A stretch of DNA of 62,241 bases from Deltaproteobacteria bacterium (GCA_013151235.1 JAADIO010000023.1:1-62241); one strand, 5' to 3'. Positions 18,239 to 28,856 are shown, counted from the first letter of the stretch. The notes: generated by a model from the sequence alone, not told the origin. A program made the numbers and translations.

Positions 18239-19234
18239 ATGAATCAGCAAAAATCATCCAGTCCGCCCCTCCGGGTCGGCGTCATCGGTGTCGGCTATCT
18301 CGGACAGCACCATGCCCGGATCTATTCGGAGATGGACGGCGTGGAACTGGTCGGCATCGCAGATACGGATCGGGAGCGAATGAAGGAGATTACCGACCGT
18401 TTCAGCGTCCCGGCACATGATGACTATCGCACCCTTGTTCCGAAGATCGACGCCGTCAACATCGTTTCCCCCACGGTCACACACCACAAGATCGCCCGGG
18501 AATGCCTGGAGGCGGGCCTCGACGTCTTTGTGGAAAAACCGATCACCGTCACCCCCGATGAGGCCTCCGATCTGGTCCGCCTGGCCGAGGCAAAAAAGAA
18601 AATTCTTCAGGTCGGTCATATCGAACGGTTCAACGGTGCCGTACGGGAGTTGGCCCGTCTGGTCAAGGATCCGGGCTTCATTGAAGTCCACCGCTTAGGC
18701 TCCTTCGTCGGGCGGGCAACGGATGTCGATGTGGTCCTTGACCTCATGATCCATGATATCGACATCATTCTCAGTCTGATTCAGTCACCGGTCCGGGAGA
18801 TTCGCGCAAACGGCGTCCCCGTGATCACGCCGAATGTGGATATCGCCAATGCCCGGTTGGAATTTCAAAACGGTTGTGTCGCCAACGTGACGGCCAGCCG
18901 GGTCTCCACCCACCCCCAGCGGAAGATGCGTTTTTTTCAGCCTGACGCCTATATCTCCCTCGACTTTCAGGAACAGGAGCTGGAATACTACCGGAGGATC
19001 GGCGATCCGGCGGAGTTCCTTGCCGGCAAACCGCCCCGGATCGTAAAGGAGGAGGTCACAATTCCCAGGGAAGAACCACTGAAGGTCGAACTCTCCTCCT
19101 TTATTGAGGTCCTCCACAACCGGTCGCGGCCCGTGGTCTCCGGCAAGGAGGGGTTGCATGCACTACTGGTGGCCACCAATATTCTCCAGGAGATTCAATC
19201 CCATCCTCCCGATACCACGGCATTTCCAAGATGA
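18239..19234 (+). CDS. Gfo/Idh/MocA oxidoreductase, GnnA-like (putative UDP-GlcNAc 3-dehydrogenase)
   Basis: GVGYLG, VEKP, QVGHIERFN, DLMIHDID; directly upstream of lpxB. Confidence 0.8.
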   Translation: MNQQKSSSPPLRVGVIGVGYLGQHHARIYSEMDGVELVGIADTDRERMKEITDRFSVPAHDDYRTLVPKIDAVNIVSPTVTHHKIARECLEAGLDVFVEKPITVTPDEASDLVRLAEAKKKILQVGHIERFNGAVRELARLVKDPGFIEVHRLGSFVGRATDVDVVLDLMIHDIDIILSLIQSPVREIRANGVPVITPNVDIANARLEFQNGCVANVTASRVSTHPQRKMRFFQPDAYISLDFQEQELEYYRRIGDPAEFLAGKPPRIVKEEVTIPREEPLKVELSSFIEVLHNRSRPVVSGKEGLHALLVATNILQEIQSHPPDTTAFPR

Positions 19235-20370
19235 TAAGCGAAAAGACCATCATGATCATTGCCGGAGAGGCCTCCGGAGACCTCCATGCCTCTCACCTGG
19301 TCCGAAAGATGACCGAAGTGGAGCCGCAACTGAACTTCTTCGGCGTGGGAGGTCAAAAAATGGAAGCCGCCGGGGTGCAACTCATCTTTGCGAATCATGA
19401 GATTGCCGTAACCGGTTTCTCGGAGGTTCTCTCAAAGATCGGGAAAATCCGCAAGGCCTACCGGGCCGTCCGGAAAACCCTGCGGGACCGTCCTCCGGAC
19501 CTGCTGATCCTCCTGGACTTCCCCGACTTCAACCTGCGGGTGGCGAAGATGGCGAAGAAAATGGGGATTCCCGTCCTCTACTATATCAGCCCCCAGGTCT
19601 GGGCCTGGCGCCGGAACCGAATCGGTCTGATCCGGAAGCTGGTGGAGAAGATCATGGTCGTTCTTCCCTTTGAGGCATCTCTCTATGGAGAGAAAGGCAT
19701 TTTTGTGGGGCACCCCCTGCTGGACATTGTAACACCTTCCCAAACGCCGGGAGAAATCATGGACCATCTGGGAATCCAGCGGGGTTCTCCGGTCGTCACT
19801 CTCCTTCCGGGCAGCCGTAAAAATGAAGTTGATAAGCTTTTGCCTGTGATGGTGGAGGCCGCCCACATGATCCGGGAGCGAATCACCGACGTACAGTTTG
19901 TGCTGCCGATCGCCTCCACCATATCCAAAGAGGATGTGACCGTCCTCCTGGAGGACGCCCTTGTCCCGATCATTCCGGTGCAGGAGCAAGCCTACGACGC
20001 TCTTTCGGTCTCCGACTTCGCCATTGTTGCCTCGGGAACGGCGACATTGGAAACCGCCATTTTAGGCGTCCCGATGTTGATCCTTTACCGGATGTCGGCC
20101 CTGACCTATGCCCTGGCCCGCCGGCTGGTCCGCGTTCCCCATATCGGCCTGATCAACATGGTGGCCGGAAAACGGATCGTACCGGAACTGATCCAGTCGG
20201 AGGTCACCCCCAATCACATCATGGAAGAAACCCTGCAGGTACTGGAGAACGGTGAGTACGCGGCACAAATCTCCCGAAAACTGCGGGAAGCCGTAATAAA
20301 ATTAGGCAGTCCCGGCACCTCCGCCCGGGCCGCCCGTATTGCAATTGACCTTCTTGAGGAAAAGGGATGA
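19231..20370 (+). CDS. lpxB: Lipid-A-disaccharide synthase
   Basis: AGEASGD, DFPDFN, SPQVWAWR, LPGSR, SGTATLE. Confidence 0.97.
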   Translation: MISEKTIMIIAGEASGDLHASHLVRKMTEVEPQLNFFGVGGQKMEAAGVQLIFANHEIAVTGFSEVLSKIGKIRKAYRAVRKTLRDRPPDLLILLDFPDFNLRVAKMAKKMGIPVLYYISPQVWAWRRNRIGLIRKLVEKIMVVLPFEASLYGEKGIFVGHPLLDIVTPSQTPGEIMDHLGIQRGSPVVTLLPGSRKNEVDKLLPVMVEAAHMIRERITDVQFVLPIASTISKEDVTVLLEDALVPIIPVQEQAYDALSVSDFAIVASGTATLETAILGVPMLILYRMSALTYALARRLVRVPHIGLINMVAGKRIVPELIQSEVTPNHIMEETLQVLENGEYAAQISRKLREAVIKLGSPGTSARAARIAIDLLEEKG

Positions 20371-22115
20371 AGAACTACAAACGTCTGCTCCATTTCATGG
20401 CCCGATACAAGAGTTATTTCTTCCTCTCCTTTATCTGTATGGGGGGTGTTTCCCTGGCCAAGGGTGCACTGGCCTGGGCGATGGGCCCCCTGGCCAAGGA
20501 AATCTTTCTCGCCAAAAACCTCTCCATGCTAAAAGTGATGCCGGCTATTGTCCTGGCCATCTATCTCTTCCGGGGGATGAGTATGTTCGGAGAGGCCTAT
20601 TTCATGGCGATCGTTTCCCAGCGAACCATCCGGGACTTACAGAATCATATTTACGAGCACCTTCTTGAGATGTCCCTCTCTTTCTTCGTCCGCAAACCGA
20701 CGGGGCTCCTCATGTCCCGCATTACCAACGACGTCAACGTGGTCCAGCAGGCAGTATCCAAGGCAATCTCAAGCCTGATCATGGAGAGCATGACGATTGT
20801 CGTCCTCCTTGTCGTTGCACTGACAAAAGACCCGACGATTACCCTGATCTTTCTGGTCACGCTTCCCCTGACCACCATTCCGATCACCCGCTTCGGAAAG
20901 CGACTCCGGAAGATCAGCACCCGAACCCAGGAAAATTTCGGTGTCATCAGCACCTTCCTCCATGAGACCATTTCGGGCATCCGGATCGTCAAGGCCTTCG
21001 GAATGGAGAAATACGAAAACAGGCGTTTCCGGAAGCGAAGCCAACGTCTCTACCGCTACCGGCTCAAGGCAAACATCGTCAAGGGCTTTTCCGAACCGGT
21101 GATGGACATGATCGAAGGGATCGGTGTCACCCTTGTCATCGGGATCGGAGGCCTGGCGGTCATCCACAGCCGGATCGATTTCGCCGAATTTACAACCCTC
21201 ATGGCAGCGGTCATCATGATGTATTCCCCGATTAAGAAGTTGAGCAAGGTCCACTATATGATCCAGGAGGGAATGGCCGCCGCCGACCGAATCTTCGACA
21301 TCATCGATGAAACACCGGAGATCAAGGACCGACCCGGGGCAAAGGAACTTCCGCCCATTCAAAAAGAGATCCTCTTCGAAGATGTCCATTTCAACTATGG
21401 AGACAAGGAGGTGATCCGGGGGATTTCCCTGACCGCCCGGACCGGGGAAGTGGTTGCCATCGTCGGCGCCAGCGGCGAGGGAAAGACGACGATTCTGAAC
21501 CTGATTCCCCGGTTCTACGATGTGGTGCGCGGATCGATCCGTATCGACGGGACCGACATCCGGGACGTTACGGTTCGTTCCCTGCGGAAACAGATTGCCA
21601 TGGTCACGCAGGAAACCGTCCTCTTCAATGACACGGTTCGGAGCAATATCGCTTACGGTCTGGAGGAAATCTCCGATGCGGAGGTCATCCGTGCGGCCGA
21701 AGCCGCCAATGCCCATTCCTTCATCAAGGAACTCCCGGAGCAGTACGATACCGTTATCGGGGAAAGCGGCATGACGCTTTCCGGCGGGCAGCGGCAGCGG
21801 ATCTCCATCGCCCGTGCCCTTCTCAAGGATGCGCCGATCCTGATTCTGGACGAAGCAACCTCTTCGCTCGACACGGAATCGGAACAGGTGGTCCAGGAGG
21901 CCATCAACCGGCTGATGAAAGGACGGACCACCTTCGTCATCGCCCATCGTCTCTCCACCGTTACAGGCGCATCCCGGATCCTGGTGATTCAGAATGGAAA
22001 GATCGCCGAAACCGGACGCCATAAAGAGCTTCTGCAACAGGGAGGTCTTTACAAAGAACTCTATGACCGGCAGTTCCAGGCGAAGGCCTCCCCCATCGAG
22101 GAATTCCCACGATGA
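20367..22115 (+). CDS. msbA: Lipid A export ABC transporter
   Basis: TM domain plus NBD (GASGEGKT, LSGGQRQR, DEATS); position in lpx operon. Confidence 0.88.
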   Translation: MKNYKRLLHFMARYKSYFFLSFICMGGVSLAKGALAWAMGPLAKEIFLAKNLSMLKVMPAIVLAIYLFRGMSMFGEAYFMAIVSQRTIRDLQNHIYEHLLEMSLSFFVRKPTGLLMSRITNDVNVVQQAVSKAISSLIMESMTIVVLLVVALTKDPTITLIFLVTLPLTTIPITRFGKRLRKISTRTQENFGVISTFLHETISGIRIVKAFGMEKYENRRFRKRSQRLYRYRLKANIVKGFSEPVMDMIEGIGVTLVIGIGGLAVIHSRIDFAEFTTLMAAVIMMYSPIKKLSKVHYMIQEGMAAADRIFDIIDETPEIKDRPGAKELPPIQKEILFEDVHFNYGDKEVIRGISLTARTGEVVAIVGASGEGKTTILNLIPRFYDVVRGSIRIDGTDIRDVTVRSLRKQIAMVTQETVLFNDTVRSNIAYGLEEISDAEVIRAAEAANAHSFIKELPEQYDTVIGESGMTLSGGQRQRISIARALLKDAPILILDEATSSLDTESEQVVQEAINRLMKGRTTFVIAHRLSTVTGASRILVIQNGKIAETGRHKELLQQGGLYKELYDRQFQAKASPIEEFPR

Positions 22116-22762
22116 AGTTCCCCGAGGTGCGTGAAATCATGATTCCCTGCACGGCCTCCTTCATCATCAAACTGGTGGGATGGACCCTCAGGATGACAAC
22201 GGTGGGAGAAGAACATTTCGAGCAGTTCCGATCGGAAGGGAAGCCGGTACTTTTCGCCTTCTGGCATAACCGGCTCCTCTACACCTGCTATTTCTTACGG
22301 AAGAAGAACCTGACCATGATGATCAGCAAAAGCCGGGACGGAGAGCGGATTGCACGTGTTGCTCGGCATTTCGGGATCGATTCCATCCGGGGTTCATCCT
22401 CCAGGGACGGCCTCCGGGCCATCGGAAAGATGGTGCGCGTTTTGCGAAATGGAGGAAACGGCGGGATCACACCGGACGGCCCCAGGGGACCGAAATACCA
22501 GGTCCAGGCGGGAGTACTTCTTGCCGCGAAAAAATCGGGGGTACCGATTCTCCCGGTCTCGATCAACTTCGACCGGAAAAAGATCTTCGCCAGTTGGGAC
22601 CGATTTCGCTTCCCCTACCCTTTCGCCCGGACCATCCTCGTCTTCGGTCCCCCCTTCTTCGTCCCGCCCGACGCGCAGGGGGAGACGCTGGAACGACTGA
22701 AGAGGGAACTGGAACATGCATTAATGAGCGTCACGGAAAAGGCGGATCGTTACTTTCTATAA
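22112..22762 (+). CDS. DUF374 / LpxJ-like lysophospholipid acyltransferase
   Basis: FWHNRL, ISKSRDGE, IRGSSSR, TPDGPRGP. Confidence 0.85.
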   Translation: MKFPEVREIMIPCTASFIIKLVGWTLRMTTVGEEHFEQFRSEGKPVLFAFWHNRLLYTCYFLRKKNLTMMISKSRDGERIARVARHFGIDSIRGSSSRDGLRAIGKMVRVLRNGGNGGITPDGPRGPKYQVQAGVLLAAKKSGVPILPVSINFDRKKIFASWDRFRFPYPFARTILVFGPPFFVPPDAQGETLERLKRELEHALMSVTEKADRYFL

Positions 22763-22834
22763 AACAGGATCAAGGTTCCGGAGGAGTAGGGGATCGAGCC
22801 GTTTCATCGTAATCGTTTCACCTGAAAGTGTTTC

Positions 22835-24118
22835 ATGATCTACTTTTTTTACAACCTGCTCACCACCGTCGTGGTCGTCCTCGGTCTCCCCTTTTTTCTG
22901 ATCAAACTGATCACCACACCCAAGTACCGCCCCGGCGCCGCGCAACGTCTCGGGTTCTACCCGAAAGAGGCGGCCGAAAAACTCCGGGGCCGGGAGGTGC
23001 TCTGGATTCATGCCGTCTCCGTGGGAGAGGTCATCGCCGCCCTGCCGTTAATGCGTGAACTGCGCCGACGGTATCCCGAACGGAAAATTGCACTCACGAC
23101 CGTAACGGCCACGGGAAACCGGATTGCCCGCGCCCAGGCAAAAGAGGCCGACGTCATTCTCTTCTTCCCCTTCGATTTGAAACCGATCGTCGGCAAAGCC
23201 ATCCGTCTGACTCACCCCGCTCTCTTCATCCTCATCGAAACGGAGATCTGGCCCAACTGCATCCATGCCCTGTTCAAAAAGAAAATCCCCAGTCTGGTCG
23301 TCAATGGCCGGATCTCCCGGAACTCCTTTTCCGGCTACCGCCGGATTCGCTTCCTCATGAGTCGGGTCCTTCCCGAAATTACCGCCTTCTCCATGCAGAC
23401 GAAAGAGGATGCCCGTCGGATCATCGCTCTTGGGGCACCGCCGGAGCGGGTTCGGAATACCGGAAATATCAAATTCGACATCACGGCGAATCCGCTGACC
23501 GGAGAAGAAGCACGACAGATACGGAACGATTACCTTCTTCCCCCGGAAGGACCTATTTTTATCGCCGGAAGCACCCACCCCGGCGAGGAAGAAATCATCA
23601 TCAAGATCTACCGACAACGGAGGAAGGTCCACCCCGATCTTACACTGATCCTGGCGCCGCGACATCCCGAACGATGCAGTGAAGTGGAAGAACACCTGCG
23701 GACAGCCGGGCTCTCCTATCAGAAGCGGAGTCATCCGGAGACGGGGAAGGAGGTTCTCCTCCTCGACACCGTGGGAGAACTCTCCCGCCTGTACGGAATC
23801 GCCACGGTCGCCTTCGTGGGGGGAAGCCTCATCCCTCACGGCGGGCACAATATCCTGGAACCGGCCGTTTACGGCGTCCCCGCCCTCTTCGGACCCCACA
23901 TGGAAAACTTCCCGGAAATCTCGAAGATCATGAAAGAACGGCGGGGGGGGATCGAATGCGACGGCGCCGAACAACTCGGAAAAACCCTGGAAGAACTTCT
24001 GAACGACCCCGGAAAGCGGAAGATCATCGGCCGGGCCGGCAGGACCATCATTGAAGAGAATCAGGGGGCTTTGGAACAAACCCTGACGCTCATCGATCAA
24101 CAGTTAACCGCTGTGTAA
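22835..24118 (+). CDS. waaA: 3-deoxy-D-manno-octulosonate (Kdo) transferase
   Basis: WIHAVSVGE, ETEIWPN, GSTHPGEE, GGHNILEPA. Confidence 0.96.
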   Translation: MIYFFYNLLTTVVVVLGLPFFLIKLITTPKYRPGAAQRLGFYPKEAAEKLRGREVLWIHAVSVGEVIAALPLMRELRRRYPERKIALTTVTATGNRIARAQAKEADVILFFPFDLKPIVGKAIRLTHPALFILIETEIWPNCIHALFKKKIPSLVVNGRISRNSFSGYRRIRFLMSRVLPEITAFSMQTKEDARRIIALGAPPERVRNTGNIKFDITANPLTGEEARQIRNDYLLPPEGPIFIAGSTHPGEEEIIIKIYRQRRKVHPDLTLILAPRHPERCSEVEEHLRTAGLSYQKRSHPETGKEVLLLDTVGELSRLYGIATVAFVGGSLIPHGGHNILEPAVYGVPALFGPHMENFPEISKIMKERRGGIECDGAEQLGKTLEELLNDPGKRKIIGRAGRTIIEENQGALEQTLTLIDQQLTAV

Positions 24119-24182
24119 AAAAATTATCGGCTGTGTTATGTTTGTTTTTTCGTCATTGACGATTGCGGGTCGGAAGAATTTC

Positions 24183-25226
24183 ATGAACGGTTCATCAAAA
24201 ATCGCAGTTTTGCAGAGGCTCCTTTCGCCCCTGTCTCCCCTTTATCAGGGAGGCGCAGCTCTGCGTGCCTCCCTTTATCAAAAGAAGATCCTGCCGTCGA
24301 AAGGACTGCCGAAACCGGTGATCTCCGTGGGAAACCTCACGACCGGAGGATCGGGGAAAACCCCCCTGGTGATCGAAATCGTTCAGCGGTTTTCCGGAGA
24401 AGGGCTCCGTTCGGCCGTACTGAGCCGGGGCTACAGGGGAAATTCCAGAGCACCGGTCAATCTTGTTTCCGATACAACCCGGATTCTCATGGATGCCGCC
24501 GGCGCCGGAGACGAGCCTTTCCTGATGGCCCGGAAACTGCCGGGAACCCCGGTCATCACCGGCAAGGATCGTTATACCGCGGGGATGGAAGCACTGCAAC
24601 GGTTCGAGATCGACCTTTTCCTCTTAGACGACGGTTTTCAGCATCTCCCACTGAAAAGGGAGATGAACATTCTCCTCATGGATGGTCAAAACCCGTTCGG
24701 ATCAGGCAGATGCCTCCCCGGCGGAGACCTTCGGGAAGGACCTTCCGCCCTGCGCCGGGCCGACCTGATCCTCTTTGCGGGCAGCCCCGCCGAGGCGGAC
24801 CGGAACCACATTCACCGGTTGGCGCCCCGGGCCTCTTTTCATTCCGTCCGGTTCGAGGCAACGGGTGTGACGGACCTCGGATTAAAACCGGCTGCCCCCC
24901 TCTCCTTTCTAAAGGGGAAAACTCTCTTCGCCTTTGCCGGGATCGCCCGGCCGGGAAGGTTCTACGAAACACTGGAGCAGGTCGGCGTAATTCTTCAGGG
25001 ACGGCGAAGCTTTCCCGACCACCACAACTATCGTCCGGAAGAGTTGAGAGCCCTCCTTAACGAAGGAAAGGACCGGCAGGCCGAGGGGTTGATCACCACC
25101 GAAAAGGACGCCGTACGAATTACCTCTTTCCCGGCGGGGCTGCCCCTTCATGTACTGCAACTCGGAGTCATTCTGGACAATCCAAAGGACTTTCTGCAGG
25201 AAGTCCGGCGAAAAACGGGAGTATGA
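24183..25226 (+). CDS. lpxK: Tetraacyldisaccharide 4'-kinase
   Basis: VGNLTTGGSGKTP, SRGY, LDDGFQH, FPDHH, TTEKD. Confidence 0.96.
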   Translation: MNGSSKIAVLQRLLSPLSPLYQGGAALRASLYQKKILPSKGLPKPVISVGNLTTGGSGKTPLVIEIVQRFSGEGLRSAVLSRGYRGNSRAPVNLVSDTTRILMDAAGAGDEPFLMARKLPGTPVITGKDRYTAGMEALQRFEIDLFLLDDGFQHLPLKREMNILLMDGQNPFGSGRCLPGGDLREGPSALRRADLILFAGSPAEADRNHIHRLAPRASFHSVRFEATGVTDLGLKPAAPLSFLKGKTLFAFAGIARPGRFYETLEQVGVILQGRRSFPDHHNYRPEELRALLNEGKDRQAEGLITTEKDAVRITSFPAGLPLHVLQLGVILDNPKDFLQEVRRKTGV

Positions 25227-25230
25227 GGAT

Positions 25231-25803
25231 ATGAGCAGAAGGGCAATCTTTCTCGACCGTGATGGAACCATCAATGAAGAGGTCGGCTATCTCGATCATC
25301 CCGACCGGATCGTCCTGCTCCCCGGCGCCGCCCGGGCAATCCGCAGAATAAACGAAAACCAGCTTCCCGCCGTGGTCATTACAAACCAGTCGGGAATTGC
25401 CCGGGGATACTTCAATGAAACCGCTGTAGCAGCAATCCATGATCGGCTTCGCAAAGAATTAAAACGCGAGGGGGCCTATCTCGACGCAATCTATCTCTGT
25501 CCCCATCACCCCGAAGGAGCGGTTCCTGAATATCGCCGGGAGTGTCCCTGCCGGAAACCGGGGACGGCCCTCGTGGAAAAAGCCGCCGAAGACTTGGGGA
25601 TTGACCTGCAGGCATCGTTCATGATAGGAGATCATGTAAAGGATATGGAGCTTGCCCTTGCCGCAGGGATGACAGCCGTCATGGTCCGTACGGGACACGG
25701 CCGGAAACAATGGGCACAGACCGACAATGATCTGCGCTGCCGGATTGCCCATCTGGCGGAAGATCTCGCCGCAGCCGTGGAGTGGATCCTGGGAGAACTC
25801 TGA
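25231..25803 (+). CDS. gmhB: D-glycero-D-manno-heptose 1,7-bisphosphate phosphatase
   Basis: [19 protein letters not shown]...CPCRKP. Confidence 0.93.
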   Translation: MSRRAIFLDRDGTINEEVGYLDHPDRIVLLPGAARAIRRINENQLPAVVITNQSGIARGYFNETAVAAIHDRLRKELKREGAYLDAIYLCPHHPEGAVPEYRRECPCRKPGTALVEKAAEDLGIDLQASFMIGDHVKDMELALAAGMTAVMVRTGHGRKQWAQTDNDLRCRIAHLAEDLAAAVEWILGEL

Positions 25804-25819
25804 AAAAGGAGAATGCACG

Positions 25820-25993
25820 ATGTCCATGAACAAAGACCTGCTCGAAATCCTGGCCTGCCCCAAGTGCAAGGGCGAACTGAGCTTGACGACCGATGAAACC
25901 GGCCTTGACTGTCCGGCCTGCAAACTCCGTTATCCCATACGAGACGATATCCCGGTCATGCTGATCGAAGAAGCGGAAAACCTCGATCACTGA
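25820..25993 (+). CDS. Trm112/YcaR-like small Zn-ribbon protein
   Basis: [14 protein letters not shown]...CPAC...[15 protein letters not shown]. Confidence 0.92.
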   Translation: MSMNKDLLEILACPKCKGELSLTTDETGLDCPACKLRYPIRDDIPVMLIEEAENLDH

Positions 25994-26008
25994 CCGCCAC
26001 GACCCAAC

Positions 26009-27061
26009 ATGATAACCACACCGCAAAACATCCTGATCCGGGGCGTCAACTGGTTAGGCGATGCCCTGATCACCATTCCCGCCATGCGGGTCCTGCGTGA
26101 ACGTTACCCTCGCAGCCGGATGACTCTCCTCATCAAGGCCCCCCTTGATACGCTCTTTGACGGATTCGATGCCGTTGATGAAGTGATCGGCTTTTCCGTC
26201 CGGAAAGGAATCGCCGGGCTGCCTGACCGTTTACGTCTGATCAGGAGACTTCGAAAGTCAAAATTCGATCTCTGCCTCATTCTTCCCAACTCCTTTGATT
26301 CCGCCCTGATCCCGTTTCTCTCGGGGATCCCGGAGCGGACCGGTTTTAACCGGGACGGTCGGGGAGCCCTCCTGACCCGGCGGATTCCGCCCATAGCGAA
26401 AGGAAGAGGTGAACACCAGGCCCGGGAGTATCTGAAACTGATTCTCGAGGAGACAAACACCCCGGAGAAACTCGACTTTTCCCTCTCACCGGGACCGGCG
26501 GCCCTCGGCTGGGCCAAAGAACAGATCGCCTTCCTCACACCATCGGACGACACCCCCCTCATCGGGTTAAACCCCGGCGCCGCTTACGGCCCGGCAAAGA
26601 TGTGGATTCCCGAACGTTTCTCCGAACTGGGGACCCGTCTCTTCAATGGGATCGGCGCGGACATTCTCCTTGTCGGCGGTCCCTCGGAGATCGCCCTTTG
26701 CCGGAATATCGCACGGAGGATTTCCGGGGAGGTCCTCGATCTCTCCGGCCGGACCGATCTGCCTCAACTGGCTGCCGTCCTCTCCCTCTGCGACCTGGTT
26801 GTCACCAACGACTCCGGTCCCATGCACCTCGCATCGGCCGTAGGGACCCCCGTGGTAGCCCTCTTCGGCTCAACCGACCCCGACGCGACCTCGCCCCTGG
26901 GGGAGCATGTCATTCTCAGCAAACGGATGGAGTGCGCCCCCTGCCGGGAGCGGATCTGCCCCCGGGGAGACATGCGTTGCATGAAAGAGATCGAAGTGGA
27001 AGACGTGATGGAGGCAGTCATCCGGCTCCTGCCGGAAGCGGGGGAATCCCGTGATGATTGA
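26009..27061 (+). CDS. waaF: LPS heptosyltransferase II (GT9)
   Basis: NWLGDA, LPNS, NPGAAYGPAK, NDSGPMH. Confidence 0.9.
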   Translation: MITTPQNILIRGVNWLGDALITIPAMRVLRERYPRSRMTLLIKAPLDTLFDGFDAVDEVIGFSVRKGIAGLPDRLRLIRRLRKSKFDLCLILPNSFDSALIPFLSGIPERTGFNRDGRGALLTRRIPPIAKGRGEHQAREYLKLILEETNTPEKLDFSLSPGPAALGWAKEQIAFLTPSDDTPLIGLNPGAAYGPAKMWIPERFSELGTRLFNGIGADILLVGGPSEIALCRNIARRISGEVLDLSGRTDLPQLAAVLSLCDLVVTNDSGPMHLASAVGTPVVALFGSTDPDATSPLGEHVILSKRMECAPCRERICPRGDMRCMKEIEVEDVMEAVIRLLPEAGESRDD

Positions 27062-28025
27062 CCTTTCGATTCTCATCGTCAGTTACAATACCCGGGAACT
27101 GCTGCTTCACTGCCTGGAAGGGATCTTCCGCGTAGACGGCCGCCTGACCCTGGAGGTCATCGTCATCGACAACGCCTCGAAGGACGGAAGCGCCGACACC
27201 GTAGCCCGCTCATATCCGCAAGTCCACCTGATCCAAAACGCTGAAAACCGGGGATTTGCCCAGGCCGTCAACCAGGGACTACGGGCCTCCTCGGGGAGAA
27301 ACCGTCTTCTCCTCAATCCCGATGCCGTCGCCGAACGAAAGACTCTTGAAGCCATGGCCGACTATCTCGATCACCATTCCGAAACGGGGGCCGTTGGGGT
27401 ACAGCTTCTTCACGAAGACGGACGCCTGCAGAACAGTATCGCCTCCTTTCCCACTCTGGCCACGGAACTGCTGAATAAAAGCCTCCTGACCCGGCTTTTC
27501 CCTCATCGATTCCCCGGAAAGAACAGGCCATTCGAAGGACCGATGGAGGTGGAATCATTAATCGGCGCCTGCATGATGGTCAAAGGAAAAGTTATTCAGT
27601 CGGTGGGACTGCTCGACGAAAGATATTTCTTCTTCTTAGAAGAGACCGACTGGTGTCTCCGAATGCGTCGGGCAGGTTGGAAAATCGTCTTTCTGCCGGA
27701 ACTTCGGGTCCCTCACCTTCAGGGAAAGAGCGCATCACGGAATCTCACGGCCGCCCGGATTGAGTACTACCGCTCCCGCTACCGGTTCTTCATCCTCCAC
27801 AGGGGAAGGACTGCTACCGCCCTGCTGCGGGGAGGGTTAATCGTAAAACTCCTGGTCGAATGCACAGGCTCTCTCCTTCTGATCGCCATGAAAGGCTTTT
27901 CCGACAAAAAGGAGACAACACGCCTCCGGGTCCGCCTGGGACTCCTCGCCTGGCACCTGACAGGCTGTCCGGATGATGAGGGACTTGAAAAAGCAGGAAC
28001 AAGCTGTGGTCAGAACTTGAGATGA
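27051..28025 (+). CDS. Glycosyltransferase family 2 (WbbL/rhamnosyltransferase-like)
   Basis: IVSYNT, IDNASKDGS, LLNPD, FLEETDWC. Confidence 0.88.
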   Translation: MMIDLSILIVSYNTRELLLHCLEGIFRVDGRLTLEVIVIDNASKDGSADTVARSYPQVHLIQNAENRGFAQAVNQGLRASSGRNRLLLNPDAVAERKTLEAMADYLDHHSETGAVGVQLLHEDGRLQNSIASFPTLATELLNKSLLTRLFPHRFPGKNRPFEGPMEVESLIGACMMVKGKVIQSVGLLDERYFFFLEETDWCLRMRRAGWKIVFLPELRVPHLQGKSASRNLTAARIEYYRSRYRFFILHRGRTATALLRGGLIVKLLVECTGSLLLIAMKGFSDKKETTRLRVRLGLLAWHLTGCPDDEGLEKAGTSCGQNLR

Positions 28026-28693
28026 AACTTGGAGATCAACGACCAGGAAAGTTTATTTTTCTGGGGTGTTATGGGATCGGTGAGAGAATCAATGCTGGTC
28101 GCGTAGCCGGCACCAACGGAAAAGCCGAGGCCGGGAGCAATTTCATAATGACCGGCGATATCAACTTCATATCCGACGTTGGAGGTGGAAACACCGTTTT
28201 TCTCTTCCACCGTCTGGGAGAGACCCGTCGACAGGTTCGCGGAGAACTTCTCCGTCGCCTGATACTTGGCGGTAGCCACCACCATACTGATGTTGGAGAG
28301 GCTCCCGTTGTAGGCAAACCGTGAATGTTTGGGCCCGTAGGCCAGGGAACGGGGGATGGAAAAAATCTCCAGGTAATCACTCTCCGAGGCATCCAGAAAC
28401 TTGTCGGCATTCAGAGATCCCTCCCCGATCTTGATGCGCTCGACATCAACCGTTAAGGGGAGACCGAGATGAGCGGATAAATCGTAACTCTGTTTGCCGT
28501 AACTCAGCCCCTCCATGGAATGCGCAGGGTCCATATCATAGACGATAAACCCGTTGACCCCGGAGGGATGGAAAAAAGTGATTTGCTGCGAATCCGATAC
28601 GGCAGGCTGTCCATCTTCCCCCCAGGCCGGACCTGCACCGAAGAAAAGTACGGAAAAAACAAGACAACATATGGAAAGTATGCATCTTTTCAT
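28010..28693 (-). CDS. Small putative outer-membrane beta-barrel/porin-like protein
   Basis: Signal peptide (AWG), amphipathic strands GYEVDIAGHYEIAPGLGFSVGAGY, C-terminal FHLKF. Confidence 0.6.
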   Translation of the reverse strand: MKRCILSICCLVFSVLFFGAGPAWGEDGQPAVSDSQQITFFHPSGVNGFIVYDMDPAHSMEGLSYGKQSYDLSAHLGLPLTVDVERIKIGEGSLNADKFLDASESDYLEIFSIPRSLAYGPKHSRFAYNGSLSNISMVVATAKYQATEKFSANLSTGLSQTVEEKNGVSTSNVGYEVDIAGHYEIAPGLGFSVGAGYATSIDSLTDPITPQKNKLSWSLISKFHLKF

Positions 28694-28756
28694 GATTCAA
28701 CCACAGCCGTCCCTCAATTAAGCCGATAAGCTTACTTTACAAAATACCTTTATGCA

Positions 28757-28785
28757 ACGTTAGCAAGATTTATCACTTCTGTCAA
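28757..28785 (-). promoter_or_regulatory. Sigma70-type promoter of the beta-barrel gene
   Basis: TTGACA-17 bp-TAACGT with TG extension. Confidence 0.55.
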
Positions 28786-28856
28786 GATTAATTCTCTTCG
28801 ATAATCCTTCAGAATTATACATAAACGCCCCCCTTCCCCGGCACACCGGAATACTT

